Source of the DNA: Haplodiscus bocki
Lineage: Eukaryota
Length of the DNA: 64,000 nucleotides
NCBI GenBank assembly: GCA_965655095.1
Contig: OZ296653.1
Coordinates: 3,348,001 to 3,412,000 of the forward strand
Reading direction: 5' to 3'
The notes under the pieces were generated by a model. The model saw only the letters and a program-made list of their open reading frames with translations, ran no database searches and was not told the DNA's origin. Of the stretch, positions 48,030 through 59,900 are shown one piece after another (position 1 is the stretch's first letter; every line of letters begins with the position of its first letter). Both the position numbers and the translations under genes were made by a program.

Positions 48030-50720
48030 ACCCCCATATTCATATTCAGTGTATCCCCATGGTACACTTTGATCTTTAATATTGCAACATCTTCTATCAT
48101 CAAGTGTATTTAAAGCTATCTTTGGTTGTTGAAATCACTTTTGAAATTTCATGGTTTTTACTTCTAAAAGAATAATTAGTCCCATTAACTTTTTTGTTTT
48201 TTTAGTAAACAGTTTTTATGATCTTCTGAAGTGCATTTATTATGTGATATTATTCCTTTGTGTTTTGTTTCAATTGAATTCAATGGTTTTCTAATAATAT
48301 GAGATATACTTCCTAAATACTGCTGCATCTGATTCATTTTGTGATGGTTTAAGTTTCATTTTCCCTATTACCTTTTTATTATTTTCTGAATAGAGTTGGA
48401 TGTAGTTGAATTTGCTGGATCTATTTCACCAAAGTCCAAATCTTTACTGAAATGTTTCAAATAAATAAATCAACCTTTAATTGGGGTAAATGAGAACACA
48501 AATGAATCTGTATCCTTATAATGTAATTCTACATTATCTTCACCAAAATCAGGAAATATTTTACAATAATACCATAGATACATTACTCACTTTGATAGTT
48601 CTAATATACAAAATCCTGCATAAATAGGTTTCGAAGAAAGAGTATTTTCTTCATTAAACGAATTTAGGTTGAATTTCTCAAACTCTCCAATTTTGTCTTT
48701 AATTGTTATTTTTGATTGTCTATCAATTATTTTTTGTGTATCTGTTTTATGCATCAATTCAAGGTTTATACTTTTTCTTATATTTTTTGTTAATGTTTGC
48801 ATAGAAAGCATTAATCATTGTAGAAGTTTTTCCATTTTGGTTTCTGCTTTAGTTCTTTGATTTGCGTTATGTTTAATAAGTTTTGCTAGCCATTGTGATT
48901 GTCTAAATCGATAAACAATATGTAGTTTTGTAACTTTCGTTCCATCTGTTATGTAAAACTTTGAATCTCGGTAATGTAATAAAACTTTTTGTTCATTTGT
49001 TTGCTCCATAATTAAATTTCCATTAGGTTCATATTTCAATGCTTTATTTGCCATCATATTCTCTGAAAATATTTTATTTTGATTGTTTTTTACTCTGGAC
49101 AAAATGGAAAATGTTTAGTTTTTGAAATACATTTTTGTCGCTATTCTAGATCACATTCTATAAATTATCCTTTTTTATGGTCATCTTTAGTATCTAAAAT
49201 TGCTTTTAATAAATTGTCTTTGTTTCTTTCAGTGACTTCAATTTCAATAAAGTCTCCTGTTGGTAAGTATTGACACATACGTGTTCCATATAAATTATTA
49301 ATATCCCACTATGGTATTTTTCTTGTATCACTTCGTTTTACATTACGATTCCCCAGTACAGATGCTAGGCCACCTCTCATATTATCTTCAAGTAATAATC
49401 TGAGTTTGTCATCAGTTATATAATCTAATTCTACTCCAGCCAATTTTAAGCCAGTTTTTCATGTAAAACTAGGTGTACTATAGGGATAAAGATGATTGAT
49501 GCCATATGCAGATATACTTAAGGTTACATAATTTTGAAATACATCTGTTAATAATAAAACATCATTTTTTACATACAACATTGTTAGTTCTTTTTCTTCG
49601 GTTATTTTATTATTATTATAGCCTGTATCCTTATTATTTCTTCAAAATCTGGATATGATTGTTTTGAAGTAGAAAAAATCTCCTAATTTTAATGGTTTGT
49701 AAAACGGTTGATTAGTTTGAAATTTTCCATATGGGTATGATAATTTCTTTTTTAGTACTTCATCTTCCATTCCATTTGCATTTAAAGTTGGTAATGATGT
49801 TATTGTTGTGAATAGTTCATCTAAACCAGCATCAAAAATCTGAAAAATCTAAGAGTTTTAAACATCCTATTTTTACTGAAATGTTTTTTTCTGATGATTT
49901 TGGCATAATATCATCTTCTATTTCAATACTTTTTTCAATGGCTATATTAATTAATTTTTCATAAATTAGATGACAATCATATCCGGAAAAGTTATGGAAA
50001 AGTATTGGCACAACTGAGGCAGTTTTCTTTCGTGCTTTCAAGTTACATTTATCATGTGCTAATCCTCTGATTTTACCTGTTAAATAACCATGATGTTTAA
50101 CAACTGGATTTTCTTTTTCGTCAATTGTAATTTCTTTTTGACATAACCAACAACTACTTTTTTGCATTATTATTAGGTATTGTATTAGGTTTTAATTCGA
50201 TCCTATTTTCAAAATAATGCTTCTTATGAATCTCAATTTCTAACATCTCATTTACAAACCATTCAACACAATCTTCTGCAAAATATTCTATATATCCATG
50301 TTTTTCTAATTTTAGGTTTTCATAATATGGATTTTTTTCTTGTGTTAAAACCTACTCCTATTGGTTTGTTTATATACAATGTTTTGATGTGGGTCGTCTA
50401 CTGGATTGTTCATACATTCAAAATCAGCATCTATCCACATTGGTGGATCTAATTTCATATACCAATCATTAAATTTTATTTTTTTGTTTGGATTCATATA
50501 TAATATGTTACAAATTTCTTGTTCAATACATCTTGTCATATGGTCCTCAAGTTTTGTTCGGCTTCCATATGTTTTTAAACATCTTCCACATAAAGATGTT
50601 TGCATTCTGTTTCTCTGACAAAAGTTATGTAAGTTAGTTATCAAAGAGTAATGGTTTTAGTAAGTTAGTAGATCTATTTGTTCTTCATAATAGTTTTTGT
50701 TGATATATTTATCCCCGTAG
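48030..50720 (-). pseudogene. Protein-primed DNA polymerase B fragment
   Basis: NHYSLI, DADFEC, CWLC..HGYLTGKIRGLAHDKCNL, FHNFSGYDCH, MRGG, WDINNLYG, KPIYAGFCILELSK, YKDTDSF. Confidence 0.9.
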
Positions 50721-50792
50721 TCAATTATGGCTATGATGATTTTAGACACTTTTTTATGGATGTTTAATGTAAGTGCTGTTCCGAATTTTCAG

Positions 50793-51137
50793 AAAGCTTT
50801 CGGAATGTGCTTTGCCAGCTTTAAGAAGCTCTGCTTTGCTTCTTTGTTGAATTTGTGCAAGCAAGTGTTATGTCACAAGCTTCTGACAGTTTTTCCCGAG
50901 CTGTTCACAACTCAATATTTCTGAGATTTTGACCGAAGAGGAGGCATGTTTTTGCTGCTATTGGTGGTGTTTCAGAATGCGCGATTTCATTTCACAGAGG
51001 TGAGTGTTCCTGGCTGGATGAGAGAAGTTGACGAAGATGAGCAAGTCAGTCTGACGAGACTTCAGCAACAGAGGAGCCAGGAAACAAGTGTAGCTAAGAA
51101 AGAAATCCATACCCACAGAAATGAAACTGGTGAAAGG
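50793..51137 (+). CDS. FLCN: Folliculin exon(s), longin/linker region (internal splicing unresolved)
   Basis: Phase-0 acceptor ttttcag matches the donor at 31990; LLLVVFQNARFHFTEVSVPG resembles FAWLLKACGSRLTEKLLEG; an in-frame TGA at 50922 implies a further small intron. Confidence 0.5.
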
Positions 51138-51323
51138 GTTAGAAGCTCAGCTTTACAATCTCTCTCTTTGTACGGCTCAAAAATTTGCCGCGCTAGAGTG
51201 CTCTTCCTCAGCAACAAGCCTCCCTGAAATGTCCCGAAAAACTTCATCCATGATTCCCGGCAGTCTGTGTTTTTTGTCTAACCAATTACTTCCACTTTCT
51301 GTATTGGACCTTATATTTCACAG

Positions 51324-51750
51324 GTCAAGAACTCCTTCTCTTTCGATGCATCCTCCAGAGGGAAAAGGAAAGATTATTTGTCAGATGAGCAATCAGGAAA
51401 GAGTAACGTTCGTGCTACCCGACAAGATGACCAAATTGGGCACCCTCTTTCTAGGGTCACGAAGGAAGACGCAGCATCTAAGCAAGAGGGGGCATTGAAA
51501 TGTGACAAAGAAGAAGAGGCTTTTATTTCAAATGGAGGGCAGCAGGTAAAGCAGGATTCTGAGAGGGTGCTGTTGTTGCCTCTGAGGGCGTTGTATGAGT
51601 TGTTGGGTGGTGACTATTTCATCATAGTCTGCGTGCATACAGTGATCGGCAATCAAGTCATTGTGAGGGGACGCAACCAACTGTTTGTGTCTGCAATTGT
51701 CAACACTCTGTCTAAATTACTGCCACTCGGCTGTTCTCATATCACCACAG
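51324..51750 (+). CDS. FLCN: Folliculin exon (DENN domain start)
   Basis: LRALYELLG..HTVIGNQVIVRG..LSKLLPLGC matches FLCN LRHMRQVLG..HVLMGNQVIWK..LRTMLPVGC; cag| acceptor and |gtagg donor. Confidence 0.88.
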
Positions 51751-52944
51751 GTAGGAACGAGTCCAGTCTTCATAATGAACCGTTTTTGTCTGTGCCACCA
51801 AAAAGCTTCATATTCATACTAAGCAGTGTTTCACACGCTAAAGAGTCTGGAGCATGTCAGCAGTTCATCCTTGCTTACTAGTTTGAGAATGGGGGGTTTG
51901 AGGCTCGACGGCAGTATAGTTAGAAAGATTGATGCAGAAGTGCTTGGTTCACTTTTTTCTGTAATTTCCAAGGATGAGATTATTTTACAAGACAGCGCAG
52001 TACCCAAGTGATCTGGAGGCTCTCTTAGTGAGATGAACAAGCATCGGACAGAAATAGGACTAAAAGTACTTTTGAGAAAACATACAAAAAGTGCACAACA
52101 TGCAATTTTAATGGAAAATATTTGTGAAAGTACATAGAACCTTGATTTTATGCCGCGTAAACTTCTTTGAAACCTTCAAGGTCAAGTATATGTGAATCGA
52201 ATGATTCCCTTTCTTGTCCTCTCCAAGCTTCTCCTTGATGCATTTTTGATTTTAGAATAATGAATCCTTTCGCTTGGAGAAATAAACTTCTTCTTATCGT
52301 TTGCAATTTCGAAACAGTATTAGTCCCATAGTGAAACGTATCAACCCGACAGATGGTCAACATTTGTGTCTGCGAAGTTGTTTGAAGCAGGTATTAAAAC
52401 GTTCCTTTCAACTTTGTCAAGTTTGAATATTCAAGCGACGTGAATCGAATCGAAGTCACCAGTTGCCAATCATACAGTAGTTGGTTTTGATCTCTGCCGA
52501 AAACAACCGAAAAGATGCCAAAGCATTCATTAAAAGGCATGGCTGACTATGTTTTCAGTAAACTGCATTTCATACATAATTTTGATTACGTACCAAATGA
52601 CATAAGACCGCTAAACATAAAATTAAAACGAGTTCCGCAAAACATAAAAATTAAATCTCGCATAAACAAATTGTTCTAATTGGCTGAAATTTACATGCGC
52701 CATTAGAGTAAAATAGACGCGGAATTACGTAACCCGTATCATTTAATCAATGAATAATTTTGAATTTCAGTTGAATTTTGAACAAGTGCGAACGATTGGC
52801 TGGCTATTCATTACTCCGGAATTAAAATTTTATTCTCATTACCCCCTGGGAAATTAAAAATCTTGAAATATATACCCCCTCCCCATTTCCTCAACCCCCC
52901 ATATTTCTCCAACATATCCCCCACCCCCACACACTTCTTGAATC

Positions 52945-53300
52945 CCCTAATTGTTCAAACATTCGATCACCCCTCTCCCCCCCCCCCCCACGCACACCTG
53001 TGGGGGGGGGGGGGTGGTGAACGAATGTTTGATAATTAATAATTTCGCACACAGGTGTGTGTGTGGGGGGGGCGGGGGGTGAGCGAATGTTTGATAATTA
53101 ATAATTTCGCACACAGGTGTGTCTGTGTGGGGGGCGGGGGTGAGCGAATGTTTGATAATTAATAATTTCGCACACAGGTGTGTGTGTGTGTGTGGGGGGG
53201 GGGGGGGGGTGAACGAATGTTTGATAATTAATAATTTGGCATATCCATCATGGTGTGTGTGTGTGTGTGTGTGGGTGGGAGGAGGGGACACACACACAGT
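52945..53300. repeat. MULE 5' subterminal repeats (~60-70 bp, four direct plus one inverted) with G/C runs
   Basis: gaatgtttgataattaataatttcgcacacaggtg repeated; inverted copy at ~52948-53002. Confidence 0.85.
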
Positions 53301-53365
53301 CCCCCCCCGGGACGCGGATTAATGGAAAGCCACCGTTCGTTACCAAATAGAAACTTTGATTTAAA

Positions 53366-54748
53366 ATGTCCATAAAATTATACAAGAAAGGCAGGGGCTT
53401 TAATTTACATTACCAAAAATTCAATTATGCCATGAATAGCAAGTATAAAGAAAAAATATATTGGCGTTGCGTAAATTCAAATTGTTTGAGCCGTGTTTCA
53501 ACAAATTTTGACAAAGATACTATTTTATCAGGGCCCTTTCCCGAGCATAATCACATCGAAAACATCGAATACAACAACATGCTCGAAATGCGGCGGAAAA
53601 TTTTGAAAGAAATCGATCGTAACCCGTTACAACCTGTATCCCAGAGTTACGAAAACGCAATTATTCAACAAAATATTCCACCCCAGGTTCCAACTTTCAA
53701 AGGAATCAAAAGCACTCTTTATAGACACCGTAGTATCAGGTTACCAAAAGTACCACGGAGTATTGCAAGTTTAGCGATTACGGGGGAATGGACTCGAACA
53801 TTAGACGAAGATCGTTTTTTGTTAAAAATTGACAGAGATTGGGGAATTGTCATTTTTTCAAGCGATTGGCAATTAGAACTTATGGCATCTTGTAGAACTT
53901 TGCTTTCGGACGGAACATTTAAAAGTGCCCCAAAACTGTTTTACCAGCTGTATATAATTTTTGGCGTCGTCGATGATCGAAAACTACCTTTATCATGGGT
54001 TTTATTGAAAAACAAGACAAATGGAATTTATCGCCGAATGTTGCAAATTTTCAAAATGGAACTTCAGAGAAAAAATTTGCAATTAACGGTGACGGAAGTC
54101 GTTTGCGATTTTGAGCTCGGTTTCAAATCAGCAATAGAAACGGATTTTCCGCAAGTCCGCTTATGGGGCTGTTATTTCCATTTTACAAAGGCCCTCTTGA
54201 AAAAGATGAAAGATCTCAGATTGTTCATTCACTACAGGGATGATCCACTTCTGAACGGATTTTTGATAAAAATTTTTGCAATCGGTTATCTGCCAGTCTT
54301 TTATGTGCGCCAAAAGTTTTATTAACTGACGCAAAGCACAAATGCTCGTTTTTTGAAAAACGCCTATCCACAACTCGTTTTTTTCCTTCAGTATTTCGAA
54401 CACACATGGTTCACCACTTTCCCCCCGAATGTGTACAATGTCTATGCGCGCCCTCCTACTTTACGTACAATCAACGCATGCGAGGGATATAACAACAGAT
54501 TCAATGTGAGAGTGGGAAAAAGAGTGAAACCAAATTTTTGGATTTTTTTGAAAACTCTGCAAAAAGAAGAAAAATTGGCAAAAGCCAATTATTTGCAGTA
54601 CAGACTCGGATACCGCAGTCCTCCCCAAAGAAAAAAATGGCGAGACTTGAACGATCGAATTTTCAATTTAAAAAATCGATTCGAATCGAGAAATTTGAAT
54701 ATCGACGACTATTGGACAAATATCAGTCATGTTTGCCAGAATATATAG
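53366..54748 (+). pseudogene. FLYWCH-MULE transposase with a single in-frame stop (TAA 54323-54325)
   Basis: YWRC..C..HNH FLYWCH, LSDGTFK, CDFE, WGCYFHF, RTINACEGYN; both ORFs are in the same frame. Confidence 0.92.
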
Positions 54749-54809
54749 CTCGAAAACAAATTTGAGTACTTTCGAAAATTAACTACAATTTTTTTCACCT
54801 AATATTTTC

Positions 54810-54955
54810 TCATGTTTTCTGAGACTCTTTTCAATTCTATGTTTAGTGAGACTCGATTTGAATTTATGTTTTCTGAGACTCTTTTCATTTTTATGTTTAC
54901 TGAGACTCAATTTGAATTTATGTTTGCTGAGACTCTTTTCAATTTTATGTTTAGT
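54810..54955. repeat. MULE 3' subterminal ~26-bp tandem repeats
   Basis: tatgttt..tgagactc..tt..aatt repeated five times. Confidence 0.8.
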
Positions 54956-55097
54956 GGTCTTATGTCATTTGGGAATCCACCATAATTTTGTTCACAAATT
55001 AGCGAGAAGACTTATTGTTTGACAATGCTTGGGGAATAATCAAATTTTGAAAATAGTTTCAAGTGCTCATCTTTGGCCTTTTTCTGTTTTTGAATAG

Positions 55098-55390
55098 ACT
55101 CGAGTATGTATCTGGAGGCGTATCAGTGCAATCTTTTGGGGGTGCATTCTGGGGTGCACATCCCTGGTCACGTGCTGGACTCAGACATGTTTGCTCTTGT
55201 GGACGTGTTGGGGGAGGGACAGCAGCTGAGTGAGTATCGATTCGAAGTGACCTCCAACTTCTACTTCGAGAGAAGTCACCTTCCCCTCATTCTACTGCAC
55301 CTCGAGAGAATGTTGGTCAACAAACGCGACTTCTCTGGCTGCGAAATCATTGATTTCTACTCTTGCATGAAGAAACAAATCATGTCCAAG
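55098..55390 (+). CDS. FLCN: Folliculin exon (DENN domain)
   Basis: SSMYLEAYQCNLLGVHSGVHIPGHVLDSDMFALVDV matches [36 protein letters not shown]; splice phases agree. Confidence 0.93.
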
Positions 55391-55769
55391 GTACACATTC
55401 CTTCATTCATACATTTATCCAGATCATATTCTGAAACTGTCTCGGAGACCGGCGCACGAATCACCATTATCTGTACGGTAATCCAGAATATCCTTTGATT
55501 CTGTGCTCTCCTCAAAAACCCGATTTTTGCGGAGTTTTTACTCCAGATTTATTCTTATTCAACTATGTTTGGATGATAAATGTTACTACCGCCCGGCATA
55601 ATGGCTCTAAAGCAAGAGAATTGTATTTTTGCGAGGAAAAAGAAACTCAGAATTACTTATACTCAATTTTTTCAATGCACAGAAATGGAAATTATTTGGC
55701 ATTTTCGCGTGGGGTCGATGTGCCGCGCTTTCTAAGCTACAGTAGTGATTTTAATTATTGCGACTCCGC

Positions 55770-56345
55770 AATTTTGATACGCTTTACAAAATCCTAAGTG
55801 GAGAAGTAAATAACAGGAGATCAGAGTAAACAAAGGTACTCTGAGAAAGCTCATTAAAAGGGCTACCACATAGTTATTTCATTTGCCAAAACAAGTACTT
55901 CGAAGAGATAGAAAATTGCGTCCCAAAGTTGAGTAAATAAACTATGCCAGCATTGCGAACATTGACTAATTTTGGCAGTTTTCGTTAAAAATCTTGACAA
56001 AGATGCAAGATAGCAAGAAACAAATTACATCATTTGCTATTTTTGGTTATTCCCCAGAGCTTTTATATTTAACATTTTTTTTCACAACTTTGAATTTTCA
56101 GAAGAAATTGCAAAAATAAAAGTATAATTTTAACATCCTATTTTAATATTGATTTTCAAATTTAATAGATTCAAGATAAGTTTTCAAGTAGTTTCTGAAA
56201 AATTTTCCGCCGACAGATGATACCAGCTGTTGCAGAAACATCAGAGGCATCTATTGATGAAATAAAATTCCATAATTTTTTTAACGTTACGAAGTTCTCA
56301 AAAGATTGAAAAATTTGGTCAAAAACGCATTTTCTAGTTTTTGCT
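55770..56345. repeat. Dispersed repeat, inverted copy of 35460-36050
   Basis: Direct sequence comparison. Confidence 0.85.
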
Positions 56346-56605
56346 CTATTCGTTGGAAATTTTTCAAACAGACACCATTATAATCTGAAAATTCTAAGAA
56401 TATTTTGTTTCTGGTACTTTTGTCCAAAATGATTATTCCCGGAGTTATTCATGCTTAAGGTTGACTTATGCATTAAAGTTGTCGCATTAATTAAAATCAC
56501 GACTGTATTCTCGTCTTCTTTCTCGTTTGATTCTCGTGAGTGAAAGGAATGAATGCAAAGGAGACCAGACAAGGTGCAAGCCATGGTAATAGTGAATGTT
56601 TCCAG

Positions 56606-56905
56606 GTTAAGACGTTGTACCAGTTTGTGAAACTGTCTCCATCCGAAACTTGCACATCATCCATCAAAGTGGATGCCAATCATCAAACTGTTGTGTCTGC
56701 GTCTAAGGCCAGTGTGACAACAGCTGCAAGTGTGAGAGGACACTGCAAGGTGGAAAGTTGCCTGCGAATGTTGGGCGCTGCAGGTGAGAATGATCAGTTG
56801 GAGCGAATGCTGTTGAAGTTTTGGCTGAACGGGCTGAGCAGCAAGTACAAAAAGCACCAAATGAAGTTACTCGCCGCTGATAGAATACAAATAGCCCTCG
56901 ATTGA
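56606..56905 (+). CDS. FLCN: Folliculin last coding exon
   Basis: tccag|VKTLYQFVK..LGAAGEND..LLKFWLNGLSSKYKKH matches [35 protein letters not shown]. Confidence 0.93.
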   Translation, partial: VKTLYQFVKLSPSETCTSSIKVDANHQTVVSASKASVTTAASVRGHCKVESCLRMLGAAGENDQLERMLLKFWLNGLSSKYKKHQMKLLAADRIQIALD

Positions 56906-59900
56906 GATGAAAGCAGTTCTCATTAGCTGAATCTTTAAATGTGCTTGTTCATGGTGCTTTCCATTTCCGTTTTACTTTGTATTCTAGCGATTTTTTTTTC
57001 AATTTTTTGCATATATGGAGCAGAATATCCATGCCAAGGCTGAAAATGTTTCGGCAAGCTATTTTCATTCTAGTTTCCGCATCGCATGTTTTTATTTTCT
57101 TCGGGATCTTCGAAAGTATTTTTTTTTCTTTTGAAGCGCTAGGAGAACATGAACGCTACTCTTACCAAGCATAAGACCAAAAGACATTCGGAAAAAGTCG
57201 TGCATTTATGGTACAATTTAGATTTGAAACACAATCCGAAATATTCTAAGAATACAAGATATCTATGTCATGCTTATCCCGAGCAGACTCGTCCTGATTG
57301 TATCTTTTTATGATTATTTTCTGAATTGACCATGCATATCCGGGATAATCTGAAATCACGAGAAAGCTGAATTAACAACTTATCTAGTTGATTTTAACTG
57401 AGGAAAGACGAGATAAATTTGAGAGTGCTTGCTTTGAAAGTAGAGTATTAGAGTTAGCACTTTTTCAGGTAGAAAATAAGTCAATAAACAACATTATTTT
57501 TCTTCTACAATTCAACTGATGAGACCACAAAAATTCTCTGTCTCTTGTCTTTCCATCTTTCTGCTCAATGCATTTTTACTCGCACAATTCTCGCTCCCCA
57601 CTTCCTTTAACTTGCGCACAAAAATTTTTTTCATGCCTTCAAATCGCTTTTTTCCTGATATCAACATTTCCCTCAAATAATTCTCTCGAATTGAATTCTC
57701 ATCTCATCTTCCTTGCGCAATTTGTCTGTTTCTCTTTTGCGATTTCCATCCACTTTTCACTGGTCCTAACATGAGCTTTCTATCCAACAAGTTTCGCAAG
57801 ATTAATATTTTTCTCCATTCTTTCAGTTGGCACTTAATCAACGTATGTTGTTATGTGTCAACCTAGAATCTCCATCACTTACCTCCTTCAATTCTAGCCA
57901 TTTTTCAGTAGCCAACATGTTTTCACATTCTTCTGGACCAATTGCAACAGTTGACACATTTTCACACTTGCTATATTTAACAAGCTTTGTAACCCCCCAA
58001 ATCTCAACTTCACCAGATCAAGTTTCTTTCACCAGGCAACCTTTTTTGTCATCCCCCCTTCTATAAAACTCTCTTGCAAAACTTCCCAAAGTTGAAGTCG
58101 CTTTAATCTAACTTTGAAAATTCTGAAGACAACATCCTGTTGGAGACTTCTCATATAAGCACCGAATTACGTTTGAACCTCTACTATGCTCGTCTTGTAG
58201 AACGTAAAAGTTCTGCCATCACTTCAGACCGGGCAGACAATACTTGTGATGAGATCTCCATGGAGGAAGCGCTGCTGTTATGACAAATTTTAGCACGAAA
58301 ACCATGAAGTCTCCTGAAAAAGGATTTTGAGCCATCTCTATTCTCTTCTCGTTTCTTCCTCTGTAGTATACAACTGCTGTTCCGGGGTGCTCCTGGGTTG
58401 GATTGCCCTCCATAGTGGTTAAAGAGTCCATCGCTGAAGTAGTTGTTCATATAGTTCCTTCGATTTGGAGTTTTCAATCATACCGCGTTTGGTTTTTGGA
58501 GCTCATACTTGATGTTTGAGCCTCTGAGGGACATTCTAGTCACTTTGGTTTGTTTGTTTTTTTTTGCAGACCATGCTGCAATCATAGTAAAAGATACAGG
58601 TTCTTTTTTCCCGGAGACTGAGTCTTCTAGCGATAAACCAGGGTAAGAATTTTGGGGTTTTTCATTTCCATTTGCTTCTTGGCATCACTTATCTCTTTTA
58701 TCGTTCCGCAAGACTCGGGGACAATATGAACTATAATTTTATTCAAGTTTATTGCTGAATCAGACTCACAAAAAAGGCTATAGAGTGAGTTATTTTCAAA
58801 AATTAGTTCCCGAGAGGCCAAAACGTGGTGTATGTTACTCTTTAATGGGATCAGAAATTGTGCATGTCCGACTCCCGAGTTCGCAGTGCGGTTTCCAGGC
58901 ACTGAACGACTGAGCTCAGCGGCTTAGCCGGCAGGTTGCACCGCATTTGGAAAGGTTGAATCAGAAACGTCCATGAAAATCTGATTGCTCAGCTTGTTTT
59001 TGTAGTCGTGAGCGCTGCATAGAACAAACTTGACGTCATTACGACAGTGGGATGTGATTTGGATCTTATTGGAATTTTTCCCGAAAATACTGGAATTTCA
59101 GGACCTAGAACTCAGAATCCAGCAAATGCAAAATCATTTCGCTTGGTCGGGCGCCTCCAATATTAATTGAGGTGTTGGTCTTGATACGAACGACTCAGCT
59201 TGTACGATTTCAAATTGTATGTCTTGGTGTGACCTAAAGTCACTTTTTCGAAAACATACTCCAAGAAAAAAAGGTGGATGTAAGTTTTTTCATTTTGTAA
59301 GTCGTTTTGGAAGTCTGCCACTCGAAATCGGTTGAAAACCGTCGTGCGATTCCAAGCTAATGTTACGTTGACACTTTAATTGGAGTACTCATGGTTCGAC
59401 AAGTTTCACTGGAAGAATTTCCTGTTCGTTTTTTTTGTATCGAAACGGCTGAAGGAGGACAAAATAGTTTTTGGGCCTACCAGATTTTTCTGAGGGTATT
59501 TTAGCCAGAACGGATTGCAGGACGTATCGCAAATTAGTAAAGTTGCAAATGCGAGGTTGTTGAGGTTGCAGTTTGAGTATATTTAGTTGCAAATTTATTC
59601 GCTACTCAAAATTTTCTGGAAAAACCACTGAAAGCTCACCATTTTTATACCGATTGATCTAAAATTCAGCACAAGAGCACACATGGCCCACTGATGTTGA
59701 TTCCACCTTCAGATTGGTGTTTCCGCCGATAGGGTGCTTTTGGGTGGGAAAAACAAGAATTTCGTGGGTCTAACTGAAAATGGTTTTCGTGCTAATTTTG
59801 CAGCAACTGTACTTTACCGTATCTTCAGTATAGACTTAGCGAAACTCTGACCAAGAAATGTCTGACCGCTGCTGCTGATAAGTGAAGAGGCTGCACTGCG

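Larger units (their letters stand above)
47470..50720 (-). mobile_element. Polinton element 4 relic (AT-rich lineage): pPolB followed by integrase
   Basis: Sharp shift in base composition; pPolB and integrase motifs on the minus strand. Confidence 0.85.
52584..54980 (+). mobile_element. Mutator-like (MULE) DNA transposon with FLYWCH domain, in a FLCN intron
   Basis: Perfect 9-bp TSD cataatttt (52575-52583 / 54981-54989); TIRs ccaaatgacataagacc(g/a)ctaaacataaaatt. Confidence 0.93.

Noticed and set aside
2990-50720. Alternative genetic code or programmed frameshifting explaining the broken viral ORFs
   Set aside because: Disruptions include all three stop codons, scattered frameshifts and deletions, consistent with neutral decay
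52947-53322. Pro/His- or Gly/Val-rich ORFs
   Set aside because: These are translations of MULE subterminal repeats and microsatellites
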